Source: Fibrobacterales bacterium
Lineage (GTDB): Bacteria > Fibrobacterota > Fibrobacteria > Fibrobacterales > JAOPTW01
DNA length: 42,329 nucleotides
Direction: 5' to 3'
Assembly: GCA_051532055.1 (NCBI GenBank)
Contig: JAOPTX010000079.1
Span: forward strand, 1 to 42,329
Both the position numbers and the translations under genes were made by a program. Positions 27,344 through 36,792 of the stretch are shown here, piece after piece. Every line of letters begins with the position of its first letter. Position 1 is the first letter of the stretch. The notes under the pieces are model-generated. The model saw only the letters and a list, made by a program, of their open reading frames with translations. It searched no databases and was not told the DNA's origin.

Positions 27344-28891
27344 TTAAAACAGTATTCGCGCACCAGCAGAAAGAGCACCAAATTCATTCTTGTCCTCAAG
27401 AATTTCTACACTCCACGATACAAAAATCTGTGAAAACTCAGACTGAATCCCTCCTGTAGCAGAAACAGATATATTCTGATTGTCGCCATCTTCAATATTG
27501 TCATATGAGATAGTTCCTTCACCATAAAATTTATCAGTTAAGCCAGCAATTGCTGTTGCTCTAAATAATTCGTGCTTGGGGTCTGCTTGGTTCATTGACA
27601 ATGAATTGTAGTTGTCAGCGATAGGAAGTTTAATCCAAATATCTGCTTTAAACTCACCTTTAGATGGTTTTTTACCAAAATGATATTCAAGTACCGGAGC
27701 TTGGGCTGGTCCGTAGTCTCTGAGAGGTACTGAACAATACGACGACTTTAATGCGATGGTATTTTTTGCATCTAAATTACCTCTCCCACCGTTTCTAAAA
27801 AAGATAGCGCCAACATTAAGTTGGTCAGAAATACCGTATGCTCCATCGAGTTCTGCATTTATATCATATGCAGATGACCCATCGTCCATATAGGGAGCGA
27901 TATACAATGCAGCATTACCGAGTATCTGCCCTTTGCCTAACGTTTGATCATAATAGTTGTCCCAGTTTCCATTGACGTTGTCAAAGGTAAGTGCTCTGGT
28001 GCCATGGAGGTAGCCCCCTGAAAGAGTTATTAACGAGCCTGTTTTTTTGATTGTAGAGTTGAAATCGATTTTTGAAGCTGATTTGTCAGAGCTAGAATAA
28101 GAGAGCGACCCAAATAATTTATCAGTCCTCCCTTTTATACGGAGAGATGTTGTTTTAGAATACTTGCTTTTATCGTTACCATTGTAAATGTATTGTTTTG
28201 TATGGTCTAAGTTAAAAGTCGCTCCTATTGTTACGTTGTTAAGAAGCCCAAGATCACCTGAATAATCAAAATTCTCTAAATCAAAGGAATCCCACCATTG
28301 GTGTACAACAGATACATCATGTTGGTACTGCATTTTATTGAGCATGGGACCATTAAAAAAAGCAAGCTGATACTCTTCAGGTGTAATACGTATCTCACCA
28401 TTATTGGTGAGTAGCTTCGAGCCATATGTGTTAATAGTTACAGCAGGATCTTCTGTTCCATATTTAGAATCTGATTCTTGTGGACTAAAGATCTTGGTGG
28501 CCCATAAATTAGTTGGGACCATAGACAAATAGAGCATGTGACCTGGAGACACCATATATTGTCCCTGAACGTAAAGAAGGCGGGCTATTACTATATCTGA
28601 TTCGCTATCATCACTACTTAACCATCCGATAGTTGGTGAAATATACATAGAATATACTTGTTCTTTACCCTTGTAAAAACGTGGGCTTACAGTGAATATC
28701 GAAACCTTATCAACATAATCAATTGAACCGTCTGCATCTATAATGCCTCCCTCGGTTAAACGGCCAAGGGTATAGGCGGGTTTAAAAACTGAGTTATAAG
28801 TATTTTGGCTCGTTGCCTCTTCAGACTCCTGCGCAAATAGGGAAGGGACTAAGAAAATGAATAAAAATAAATAAGAATACTTGTTGGTCAT
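27344..28891 (-). CDS. Probable outer-membrane beta-barrel protein
   Basis: Signal peptide (..PSLFA), amphipathic strands, C-terminal ..AGARILF. Confidence 0.7.
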   Translation of the reverse strand: MTNKYSYLFLFIFLVPSLFAQESEEATSQNTYNSVFKPAYTLGRLTEGGIIDADGSIDYVDKVSIFTVSPRFYKGKEQVYSMYISPTIGWLSSDDSESDIVIARLLYVQGQYMVSPGHMLYLSMVPTNLWATKIFSPQESDSKYGTEDPAVTINTYGSKLLTNNGEIRITPEEYQLAFFNGPMLNKMQYQHDVSVVHQWWDSFDLENFDYSGDLGLLNNVTIGATFNLDHTKQYIYNGNDKSKYSKTTSLRIKGRTDKLFGSLSYSSSDKSASKIDFNSTIKKTGSLITLSGGYLHGTRALTFDNVNGNWDNYYDQTLGKGQILGNAALYIAPYMDDGSSAYDINAELDGAYGISDQLNVGAIFFRNGGRGNLDAKNTIALKSSYCSVPLRDYGPAQAPVLEYHFGKKPSKGEFKADIWIKLPIADNYNSLSMNQADPKHELFRATAIAGLTDKFYGEGTISYDNIEDGDNQNISVSATGGIQSEFSQIFVSWSVEILEDKNEFGALSAGARILF

Positions 28892-29025
28892 AAAGTCTGC
28901 CTTTATTTGGTTAGTTCAAAACCAAATTAGAAAACAGAGGTTATGTTCCCTACACTAGGGTGCAGTATACCTATAAATAAGAGTAGATTCATAGGTATAA
29001 TTGAGTTTCTTTAGATGCCATTACA

Positions 29026-31140
29026 TCAGCCAACAAAAACCCCAGCATCGCTCTTCAAAAAGAACTTTCCACTCCGGGGGCCTATACGATATTCATCATC
29101 ATGAAAGAGGTACACTTTTTCATGATCATCAAAATTGAGAACTGTATGGAAGTCAATGCCTGGTGCAGACCGCTTTAATATGGTTTGAAACGGTGTTGGT
29201 TCCGACTTAAAATAGTCAGCGTAAATATCTTTGGTAATATCAAAAAAGAGGCGTGGTGGGAAGCCAATGACCGAGATAGAGCCATTGCCAATTGTTCGAG
29301 TAAATGCGCAAATAGCACCACTCTCTGGGTTAGTCATATCTACGGTAATATCACTGTGATTCTGAAAGCTAAAATACTCTATGTCATTAATACAGTAGAA
29401 GTTATACTCTTTATATTGGAGCATAACGCCTTCATAAGCTGCCGTCGTTGTTCTATGATGATCCACTTCATCAATGTCAAGAGCATCCATGAGGAGAGTA
29501 CAGCCTTCAAGGTTTTCATCAAGAGTCGGCACGTGTCCCATAAGGCAAAGCCGCCCACCATTCTCAACAAAAGAGACCAGTTTAGCTTGATAGTCTCGAC
29601 ACATAAATGTTTCTGAGTGTACAACGAGTCTGTTGGTCTCGATGCGATCAAAAGAACTTTCTGAATTGATGAGTTGATAGCGGCAGTTAATATAGTCGAG
29701 AATATCAAGAATTCCTGAGCCTTTGTCACTCACATTATTCTGAATTTCAAAATGAGTCACATCACGACTATTGTCCATCTTAGCATACTGTGCATAATCG
29801 TGGTTGAATGCTACGGTAATATCGTAGACGGGAGTAGTAGCTGCAATTTCTGGATGGTCAGTTAAAAAAGTGCTGATTTTTTTACAGGTCTCGTAATGAG
29901 GTCGTGGATTAGCCTTGGGGTCAAGGATAGATTGTAACGAAAGCTGAGGTACAAAGTGATGAGTGTTGTCAAAGTTAAATCCGTCAGAAAACCAATAATA
30001 ATTTATGGTATTTATTCCGGTACCGACCCCACTTCGCCAAAGGAGGTCATAGTCGGAAGTTGTTTGATTTCTATGACTTATAAAATAGGCATTGCACGCC
30101 TGTATTTCTACATTACCGACTAAAGGTGTCTCGGATGCCTTGGTATATTCAATACGAGATATGTGATTGACAACGCTATCTTCTTGAACGCCCCCTTGAT
30201 ATTGAGTGTAGGCAAGCACCACTGTCCAGCGCTTGTCTTTACACGTATCGAGATATCGTTTCCATGGTGTAACATAGGAAACAAAGGGTTCATTTATAAC
30301 AAATGGTGCACGGACCCCAAGGGAATAGAGTTCTTCCATGAGTGAACGAGTATAGAGTGCTGGGAGTATCTCTTTGAACCCTATCCAGTCTTTTACCTTT
30401 GCCTCTTCGGCGCGATTGGTTGCCTCTTTTCGTGGAGGAATCACCACACTAAAAGAAGGATTGTTTTCGTGATATTTTTTATTCAATAGTTCATGATTGT
30501 TACCATAAATATCTGCAAGGTACTCTTGATACAGCCCAGTATGTACAATGTGGGGGTTGTAATCACAGCTAAAGTTATCGCCCTTGCCATGTGAGAACCA
30601 CGCCATATTATATGATGTCTCGTTATCAACTTGCCAACAGACAATGTTATCATACGCGAGGAGGTGAGGGACTACTGCGTGATACCAGACTTTTGTCTCT
30701 TTCATAAAGTCTGGCTGGAGATAACTAGTGGTGCGATAGAATATGTAGTTGGCTGTGGGCTTACCTTCCGAATCAGTCGACTCTATACCGTCGTACTCTT
30801 CAAAAAGCCTATCAGGAACGCCACCATTTTTATACTCAGCATGAATATTGGGTCCGATTTTTGCAACAAAATAAAGCCCTTTATCTTTAACAAGTTTGAG
30901 AAAGGTCTTGAGATCGCGACTCGGGTGAGTAGAGCCATCAAAGTCAAAACTGTTTTTTGCTGTCTCGTGCCACACCCAAGGGATATAGGTTGAGACGGTG
31001 TTACAGCCTGCCTCTTTGAGTTTGTCTAAGTGTGCACCCCACGTCTCTTTTTCTAAACGGAAGTATTGTATTTCACCGGAAACAATAAATTGAGGCGCGC
31101 CATTAATGGCTACATACCCATTTTCGATTGATAATTCCAT
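29026..31140 (-). CDS. GH35/GH42-like glycoside hydrolase (beta-galactosidase / GlmA-like)
   Basis: SGEIQYFRL, KEAGCNTVSTYIPWVWHE, FDFDG, WQVDNE (acid/base), NVEIQ (nucleophile), trimerisation-like FVENGGRL; no signal peptide. Confidence 0.88.
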   Translation of the reverse strand: MELSIENGYVAINGAPQFIVSGEIQYFRLEKETWGAHLDKLKEAGCNTVSTYIPWVWHETAKNSFDFDGSTHPSRDLKTFLKLVKDKGLYFVAKIGPNIHAEYKNGGVPDRLFEEYDGIESTDSEGKPTANYIFYRTTSYLQPDFMKETKVWYHAVVPHLLAYDNIVCWQVDNETSYNMAWFSHGKGDNFSCDYNPHIVHTGLYQEYLADIYGNNHELLNKKYHENNPSFSVVIPPRKEATNRAEEAKVKDWIGFKEILPALYTRSLMEELYSLGVRAPFVINEPFVSYVTPWKRYLDTCKDKRWTVVLAYTQYQGGVQEDSVVNHISRIEYTKASETPLVGNVEIQACNAYFISHRNQTTSDYDLLWRSGVGTGINTINYYWFSDGFNFDNTHHFVPQLSLQSILDPKANPRPHYETCKKISTFLTDHPEIAATTPVYDITVAFNHDYAQYAKMDNSRDVTHFEIQNNVSDKGSGILDILDYINCRYQLINSESSFDRIETNRLVVHSETFMCRDYQAKLVSFVENGGRLCLMGHVPTLDENLEGCTLLMDALDIDEVDHHRTTTAAYEGVMLQYKEYNFYCINDIEYFSFQNHSDITVDMTNPESGAICAFTRTIGNGSISVIGFPPRLFFDITKDIYADYFKSEPTPFQTILKRSAPGIDFHTVLNFDDHEKVYLFHDDEYRIGPRSGKFFLKSDAGVFVG

Positions 31141-31164
31141 TACATCCCTTTAATAACGTGTGTG

Positions 31165-32118
31165 CTATTCTGCGGCTTTAATCGCCAATGCGACTGCGCC
31201 TTTAATTCCTGCGGTGTGTTGTAGGTCAGAGATAATTACATCTGGCTTAGTGTACCCTTTAAATGTCATTTGTGCATGAATTTTTGGTCTAAGCATATCG
31301 AGAAGATAGTCTCCTGCAAGTGTCACTCCTCCACCAAGAATGATTGTTTCGGGGTCGAGAAGCATACATATATTTGCAACACCACGAGCAAACTCAGTGG
31401 TACCTTTCTCAAGAATAGCGCGTGCAAATGAGTCGCCTTCTTTTGCGGCATCAAAAACTGTTTTGGCAGAAATGGAATCGATATCATTAGCGCAGACTTC
31501 GTTAATTTTTGAAGCAGGGTAGGCTTTTGCTGCTTTTTTACCTTCTCGAATAACTGCAGTTGCCGAGAAACAGGTTTCTAAACAGCCAACCTTGCCACAC
31601 CCACAGGTGTTGCCATCTTCAGGACTGATTACCATGTGACCCGCTTCGCCACCAAAGCCTTGGGCTCCGGTATGAATATTACCATTGATGATAATGCCTG
31701 CGCCAATACCCGTACCAAGTGTAAGAAAGAGCATGTTATTAAATGGCTCTGTTGCACCAAAGTAGGCTTCCCCAAGTGCAGCAACATTCGCATCATTATT
31801 CACTTTAACGGGTACCGAAAATTGTTTGTTCAGCTTTTGGCCCAAAGCGATGTTTGTCCATCCTTTAAGATTGGGCGCCATTTTTACCGTGCCATTTTCA
31901 TCGGCAATTCCCGGTACACCAATACCGATACCTTTAAGATTGGGATTATCAAGAGTACCGAGGAGATTGGTGATGAGGCCAGAGATATCTGAAATTATTT
32001 CATTTGCTGACCTATTTTTTGTGGGGGTATCCACAATATCTGACCACTCTTTATTTTCTGTATAGAGCATACCTTTAACAGAGGTGCCACCAAGATCAAT
32101 TCCAATAAAACAGTTCAT
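31165..32118 (-). CDS. ROK family sugar kinase (glucokinase-like)
   Basis: IGIDLGGT, GIGVPG, NNDANVAALGE, LTLGTGIGAG, GEAGHM, CGCGKVGCLE; no N-terminal HTH. Confidence 0.93.
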   Translation of the reverse strand: MNCFIGIDLGGTSVKGMLYTENKEWSDIVDTPTKNRSANEIISDISGLITNLLGTLDNPNLKGIGIGVPGIADENGTVKMAPNLKGWTNIALGQKLNKQFSVPVKVNNDANVAALGEAYFGATEPFNNMLFLTLGTGIGAGIIINGNIHTGAQGFGGEAGHMVISPEDGNTCGCGKVGCLETCFSATAVIREGKKAAKAYPASKINEVCANDIDSISAKTVFDAAKEGDSFARAILEKGTTEFARGVANICMLLDPETIILGGGVTLAGDYLLDMLRPKIHAQMTFKGYTKPDVIISDLQHTAGIKGAVALAIKAAE

Positions 32119-32225
32119 AAGAGAGTACCCTTTTGTACGAAAATCTATGATTAAAGGGAAAAATAGCGACTATATTGCTATTTTTAAACAAAATTCGAAA
32201 AGTTTGAAATTAAACAGAGGTTTTT

Positions 32226-33056
32226 GTGGCTTTGAATGTAATGGTTAACGGAATTCCAGGAAACATGGGCATAGAAGTGGGTCAAGTTGTACTTGAACGC
32301 GGTTTAACACTCGTTCCATATTCAATTACTGGCGATAGGGTAGAAGATACTCAGTGTGAGGTTCGTGGTACTACGGTTCAGTTAGTTAAGGTATCAGACA
32401 GAGACTCTATGATTGAACAAATCAAAGCTGAGTATCCTGGCTTTGTTACTGTTGATTATACCCACCCTTCGGCGGTTGATGGTAATTATGCGTGGTATAT
32501 CAAAAACAAACTTCCTTTTGTTATGGGTACCACAGGTGGCTCACGTGAACAGATGCTCAAAGATGTAGCGGCTGCAAAACTCTATTCAGTTATTGCGCCT
32601 AACATGGCAAAACAGATTGCGGGGCTCCAAGCAATGCTCGAGTATGCAGCAACCGAATTTCCCGGCCTCTTTAGTGGGTATGAACTGAACGTTATTGAGT
32701 CACACCAAAAGACAAAAGCAGATACCTCTGGAACAGCAAAAGCAATAGTAGATTCGTTTAACAAAATGGGCCTTACGTCTGGTGTTGACGATATTGAATT
32801 GGTTCGCACAGAGAAAGAACAAGTTGAAGTGATGAAAGTACCTGAAGAGTATCTTGATGGTCATGCTTTTCATACTTACAATATTGATTCTCCTGCAGGC
32901 GTACATTTTGAATTTCAACACAATGTATGTGGTCGTAAGATTTATGCAGAAGGAACCATTGATGCTGTTCAGTTTTTGAGTGGTCAAATTAATGCTCGTG
33001 CAGAGAAGACTCTCTATGATATGATCGATGTACTTAAATCTGGTAAGATGAGTTAA
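32226..33056 (+). CDS. dapB: 4-hydroxy-tetrahydrodipicolinate reductase, plant/deltaproteobacterial type
   Basis: VMVNGIPGNMG, VDYTHP, PFVMGTTGG, ESHQKTKADTSGTA, GHAFHTY, HNVCGRKIYAEGT. Confidence 0.93.
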   Translation: MALNVMVNGIPGNMGIEVGQVVLERGLTLVPYSITGDRVEDTQCEVRGTTVQLVKVSDRDSMIEQIKAEYPGFVTVDYTHPSAVDGNYAWYIKNKLPFVMGTTGGSREQMLKDVAAAKLYSVIAPNMAKQIAGLQAMLEYAATEFPGLFSGYELNVIESHQKTKADTSGTAKAIVDSFNKMGLTSGVDDIELVRTEKEQVEVMKVPEEYLDGHAFHTYNIDSPAGVHFEFQHNVCGRKIYAEGTIDAVQFLSGQINARAEKTLYDMIDVLKSGKMS

Positions 33057-33191
33057 GTCAATGTGTTAAGAATATGAGTTACTGGCTTTGTTTTTTTGTT
33101 TATTAATAAATACTTTTTATTTACGGTATTGTGTCACCTTTCCTTTGGGTAATTCGTTTAATAATAAACACTACCGCAAGAGTTAATTAAA

Positions 33192-33926
33192 ATGCGCACT
33201 ATTGTATTAGTATCATTTCTATTCTTAATTATTGGATGTAATCAGGCTCGTATTAAACAGCCGATCTTACTTACAAATTCACATACCTTCTTGAGTGATT
33301 CTACTCAAACATCACTTGAATTTTCTTTGTCAGAATCTCCTACCTATAGTTTTACTAATGATTATTTCACTACATCTCATTCGGAATTACTCGAAGCTCC
33401 GGGAGGCAAGCTTTCAATATATCATAAGTTCTCATCGGGAATTGGTATTTTTGGGGGTTTTACTGGTGGGTTATACTGTGGTGTAAATAAAATATTTTCG
33501 TTTCCAAAAAAATCAGCAATAGTTATTGAAACAGACCTGCAATTGGAATCTCAAATTGAAAGTGGGAATGAAAATGAATATTCATTATATAGTGAAAACC
33601 GGAAGATTAGACTCGAGAGTAGTATGTTGAGCCCTGGTGTTTCTGCAGCTTTTTCAAAAGACATTGAAAGTATCAATAAATGGTGGGGACTCTCACTAAA
33701 GGTTGGAGGGCAACTTAGAATGGTTTCAATGACCCATGAAAATACTACTGATAATTTAAAAAAGAAGAGTCATTTTTTCATAGGTGGGCCATCTGCCACT
33801 GTGGCTATAAGACTATTTAAATATCTAGGTCTTCATGCGGCAACATCATTAGGGGTTGTATCTACTGATGATTTAAGTGATGCACAGGAGTTTCAGCTTG
33901 GTATCAAGGGCTATTTTGGGAGATAA
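33192..33926 (+). CDS. Hypothetical lipoprotein, beta-strand rich
   Basis: Lipobox IIGC; beta-barrel-like C-terminus. Confidence 0.7.
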   Translation: MRTIVLVSFLFLIIGCNQARIKQPILLTNSHTFLSDSTQTSLEFSLSESPTYSFTNDYFTTSHSELLEAPGGKLSIYHKFSSGIGIFGGFTGGLYCGVNKIFSFPKKSAIVIETDLQLESQIESGNENEYSLYSENRKIRLESSMLSPGVSAAFSKDIESINKWWGLSLKVGGQLRMVSMTHENTTDNLKKKSHFFIGGPSATVAIRLFKYLGLHAATSLGVVSTDDLSDAQEFQLGIKGYFGR

Positions 33927-34038
33927 ATCTACTTGAGCGAATTCTTTTATTGAATTCGAATGTGATAAAATAGAACTATAGATGTGATCATACAATTTTG
34001 CTACTTTTACCCCAATTAATACTCCTTAGAGAACTATC

Positions 34039-35037
34039 ATGGCTAAACCTGTTTCACTTACTGGCATCAAACCTACAGGCATCCCTCATATTGGCAACTA
34101 TCTTGGTGCCATCAAGCCTGCACTCAAATACACAGAGTCGCACGAGGCGGTCTATTTTATCGCTGATTATCACGCCCTTACCACGGTTTGGAATGGTGAA
34201 GATATGCGTAATCAAATTCACTCTGTAGCAGCGACATGGTTAGCACTCGGCCTTGATCCAGAAACATGCCATTTTTATAAACAGTCTGATGTTCCAGAAA
34301 TATTTGAGCTGAACTGGGTGCTCAGTTGCTTTACTCCAAAGGGCTTCATGAATCGTGCCCATGGCTATAAAGATAAGGTTGCTAAAAACCAAGAAGCAGG
34401 AAAAGATGTTGATGAAGGTGTAAATATGGGCCTCTTCGGATATCCATGCCTTATGAATGCAGATATTCTCATGTTTTGTGCGAATATAGTTCCCGTTGGT
34501 AAAGATCAAAAGCAACACGTTGAGTTTACTCGTGATATCGCAACACGATTTAATAAGAATTACAAACAAGAAGTTCTCACGGTACCGGTACCTGTTATAG
34601 ATGAAGTAACGGATGTTATCCCTGGTATGGATGGTCGCAAGATGTCAAAATCTTATGATAATACCATTGAGATTTTTCTTGGTTCAAAGAAGCTTAAAAA
34701 GAAAGTAAATAAGATCGTCACTAATTCTCAAGAGATTGAAGAAGTGAAAGACCCAGATAATTGTAATGTTTTTTCACTGTATAAATTTTTCGCAACTGAA
34801 GAAGAACAGGCAGAGCTGGCGGCACAATATCGTGCTGGTGGTATGGGTTGGGGTGCCGCAAAAGGTGAGCTTCATCGTGTTCTCGATAGAGAGTTTGCGG
34901 AAGCACGTGAAAAATACGATCACCTTATGGCAAACACACACGAAATTGACGCCATTCTTGCGAAGGGTGCAGAAAAAGCACGCATCAAGGCCAGAGAACT
35001 TATGGATAAGATTCGTGGACTTGTTGGGGTTGCATAG
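34039..35037 (+). CDS. trpS: Tryptophan--tRNA ligase
   Basis: TGIKPTGIPHIGNYLGA, IADYHALT, VPVGKDQKQH, KMSKS. Confidence 0.98.
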   Translation: MAKPVSLTGIKPTGIPHIGNYLGAIKPALKYTESHEAVYFIADYHALTTVWNGEDMRNQIHSVAATWLALGLDPETCHFYKQSDVPEIFELNWVLSCFTPKGFMNRAHGYKDKVAKNQEAGKDVDEGVNMGLFGYPCLMNADILMFCANIVPVGKDQKQHVEFTRDIATRFNKNYKQEVLTVPVPVIDEVTDVIPGMDGRKMSKSYDNTIEIFLGSKKLKKKVNKIVTNSQEIEEVKDPDNCNVFSLYKFFATEEEQAELAAQYRAGGMGWGAAKGELHRVLDREFAEAREKYDHLMANTHEIDAILAKGAEKARIKARELMDKIRGLVGVA

Positions 35038-35065
35038 TAATTATTTAAGTATCAGATCAATATAT

Positions 35066-35097
35066 AAGGCTGTCTATTAAGTAGATGGCCTTTTTTT
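35066..35097 (+). terminator. Intrinsic terminator of trpS
   Basis: AAGGCTGTCTAT-TAA-GTAGATGGCC followed by T7. Confidence 0.85.
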
Positions 35098-35188
35098 GTC
35101 ACAACTTTGTAGCGTAAGCACTTTAACGACTGGTTGACCATTTAAATTCATACTATATTACTCATTGAAATTATTTGGAGAACATATT

Positions 35189-36514
35189 ATGGCAACTACC
35201 CGCGCCTCAAATAAAGAAATTTTCGGTTGGTCGATGTTCGACTTCGCCAACTCTTCTTACACCACTGTAATAATAACTGTAGTGTTTAGCATTATCTTCC
35301 CCAAAATTATAGTAGGGGATGGCCCTGATTACCGAGAAGGTAATCTTCTCTGGAGTATCGCAATTGCTACAAGTTATTTAATTGTACTCCTCATGGCGCC
35401 CGTTCTCGGTGCTATTACAGACTACACTGCCACCAAAAAGAAGTTTCTCTTTGGGAGCTGCATTGTAACTGTGATCTTTACCGCCCTTTTGTACTTCATT
35501 GAACCTGGTATGATTTGGCTTTGTATGTTCTTTCTCATTATCTCCAATATTGGCTTCTCCTTTAGTGAAGCCTTTGTGTCGAGTTTTTTACCATCACTCG
35601 GCCCACCAGAGACACTCGGTAAAATATCAGGATTTGCGTGGGGACTTGGGTATATTGGTGGTCTTATCTCTACAGCAATAATCATTTTTGGCCTTGGACC
35701 AACAGAGATAGATAACTTTGCAAATCTCAAATTTGTTGGACCAATTGTAGCAGTATTCTTTCTGTTAGCAGCAATTCCAACCTTTCTTTTAGTCAAAGAA
35801 CCGAAGAGCGAATTGAAACTTAGAGAGGGTGAATCAGTTATAAAAATGGGCTTTTCTCGAATTGGCTCAACACTAAAAGAGGTTCGTGATTTTAAAGATA
35901 TGGTAATTCTACTATCATCCTTTCTCTTTTCTTATGCTGGTCTATCTATTGTCATTTCGTTTGCCTTTATATATGGCGATCAAGTGATCAAGTGGGATAG
36001 TGGAACGCAGGTTCTCATGTTCATTATTACACAATTTGCAGCCGCAGGTGGAGCGGTAGTATTTGGAATTATTCAAGATAAAATTGGGGCACGTATTTCG
36101 TATACTTTAACCCTTGTGCTCTGGGTGATAACTATTACAATGATAGCTGGCGCGGACCAGGTAACCTATTTTCTCAATGGGATTTTCTCAACAGATTGGG
36201 AAACACAAAAAGTGTTTCTGTTTATTGGCTCATTAGCAGGCCTTGGCCTTGGCGCTACTCAGTCTGCGTGTCGGGCAATGGTGGGTCTCTTTGCACCAGA
36301 ATCTAAAGCGGGTGAGTTTTATGGACTGTGGTCAATGGTGGGTAAGGCTTCTGCTATTATTGGATTGATTGCTCTTGGCTTGCTTCAGGCTGCATTCGGA
36401 CTTAAGTATGCGATTCTTATCTGTTCACTCTTTTTTGTGATTGCAATTGTGATAACATTGTTTATCAATGAGGACCGGGGGCGAGCTACTGCTCAATCTC
36501 ACAATGGTGAATAA
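35189..36514 (+). CDS. MFS transporter, UMF1/ATG22-like
   Basis: WSMFDFANSSYTTVIIT, APVLGAITD, GKISGFAWGLGYIGG, AGEFYGLW; ~12 TM helices; GGAG RBS before ATG 35189. Confidence 0.9.
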   Translation: MATTRASNKEIFGWSMFDFANSSYTTVIITVVFSIIFPKIIVGDGPDYREGNLLWSIAIATSYLIVLLMAPVLGAITDYTATKKKFLFGSCIVTVIFTALLYFIEPGMIWLCMFFLIISNIGFSFSEAFVSSFLPSLGPPETLGKISGFAWGLGYIGGLISTAIIIFGLGPTEIDNFANLKFVGPIVAVFFLLAAIPTFLLVKEPKSELKLREGESVIKMGFSRIGSTLKEVRDFKDMVILLSSFLFSYAGLSIVISFAFIYGDQVIKWDSGTQVLMFIITQFAAAGGAVVFGIIQDKIGARISYTLTLVLWVITITMIAGADQVTYFLNGIFSTDWETQKVFLFIGSLAGLGLGATQSACRAMVGLFAPESKAGEFYGLWSMVGKASAIIGLIALGLLQAAFGLKYAILICSLFFVIAIVITLFINEDRGRATAQSHNGE

Positions 36515-36593
36515 CAACCTAACTTCAACTATTACCTTAAGTTGTGCTGGTTGTATCGCCTATTTCCTAGGGTTGATTCAAAGAATTTATCGG

Positions 36594-36630
36594 TAACTCC
36601 CTTCAATTTAATTAATTATTGGGAGTTTTT
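36594..36630 (+). terminator. Probable terminator
   Basis: AACTCCC...GGGAGTT followed by TTT, with an AT-rich inner stem/loop. Confidence 0.5.
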
Positions 36631-36792
36631 CATACAGACTTATAAACTCTAACTTTTAAAATACGCACTATTTAGTTGCACCAACTCTATATATTTGGCA
36701 AAATAGAGGTGATTGTGACTTTTAAAGTAGTTGACTGCATAGCCAAACTTGAGCTTATGGAGTGCACTTTAATGAAGTAAATGGGGTAGCGC

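Noticed and set aside
29185..32065. Plus-strand ORFs over the glycosidase and kinase genes
   Set aside because: Antisense shadows without recognisable motifs.
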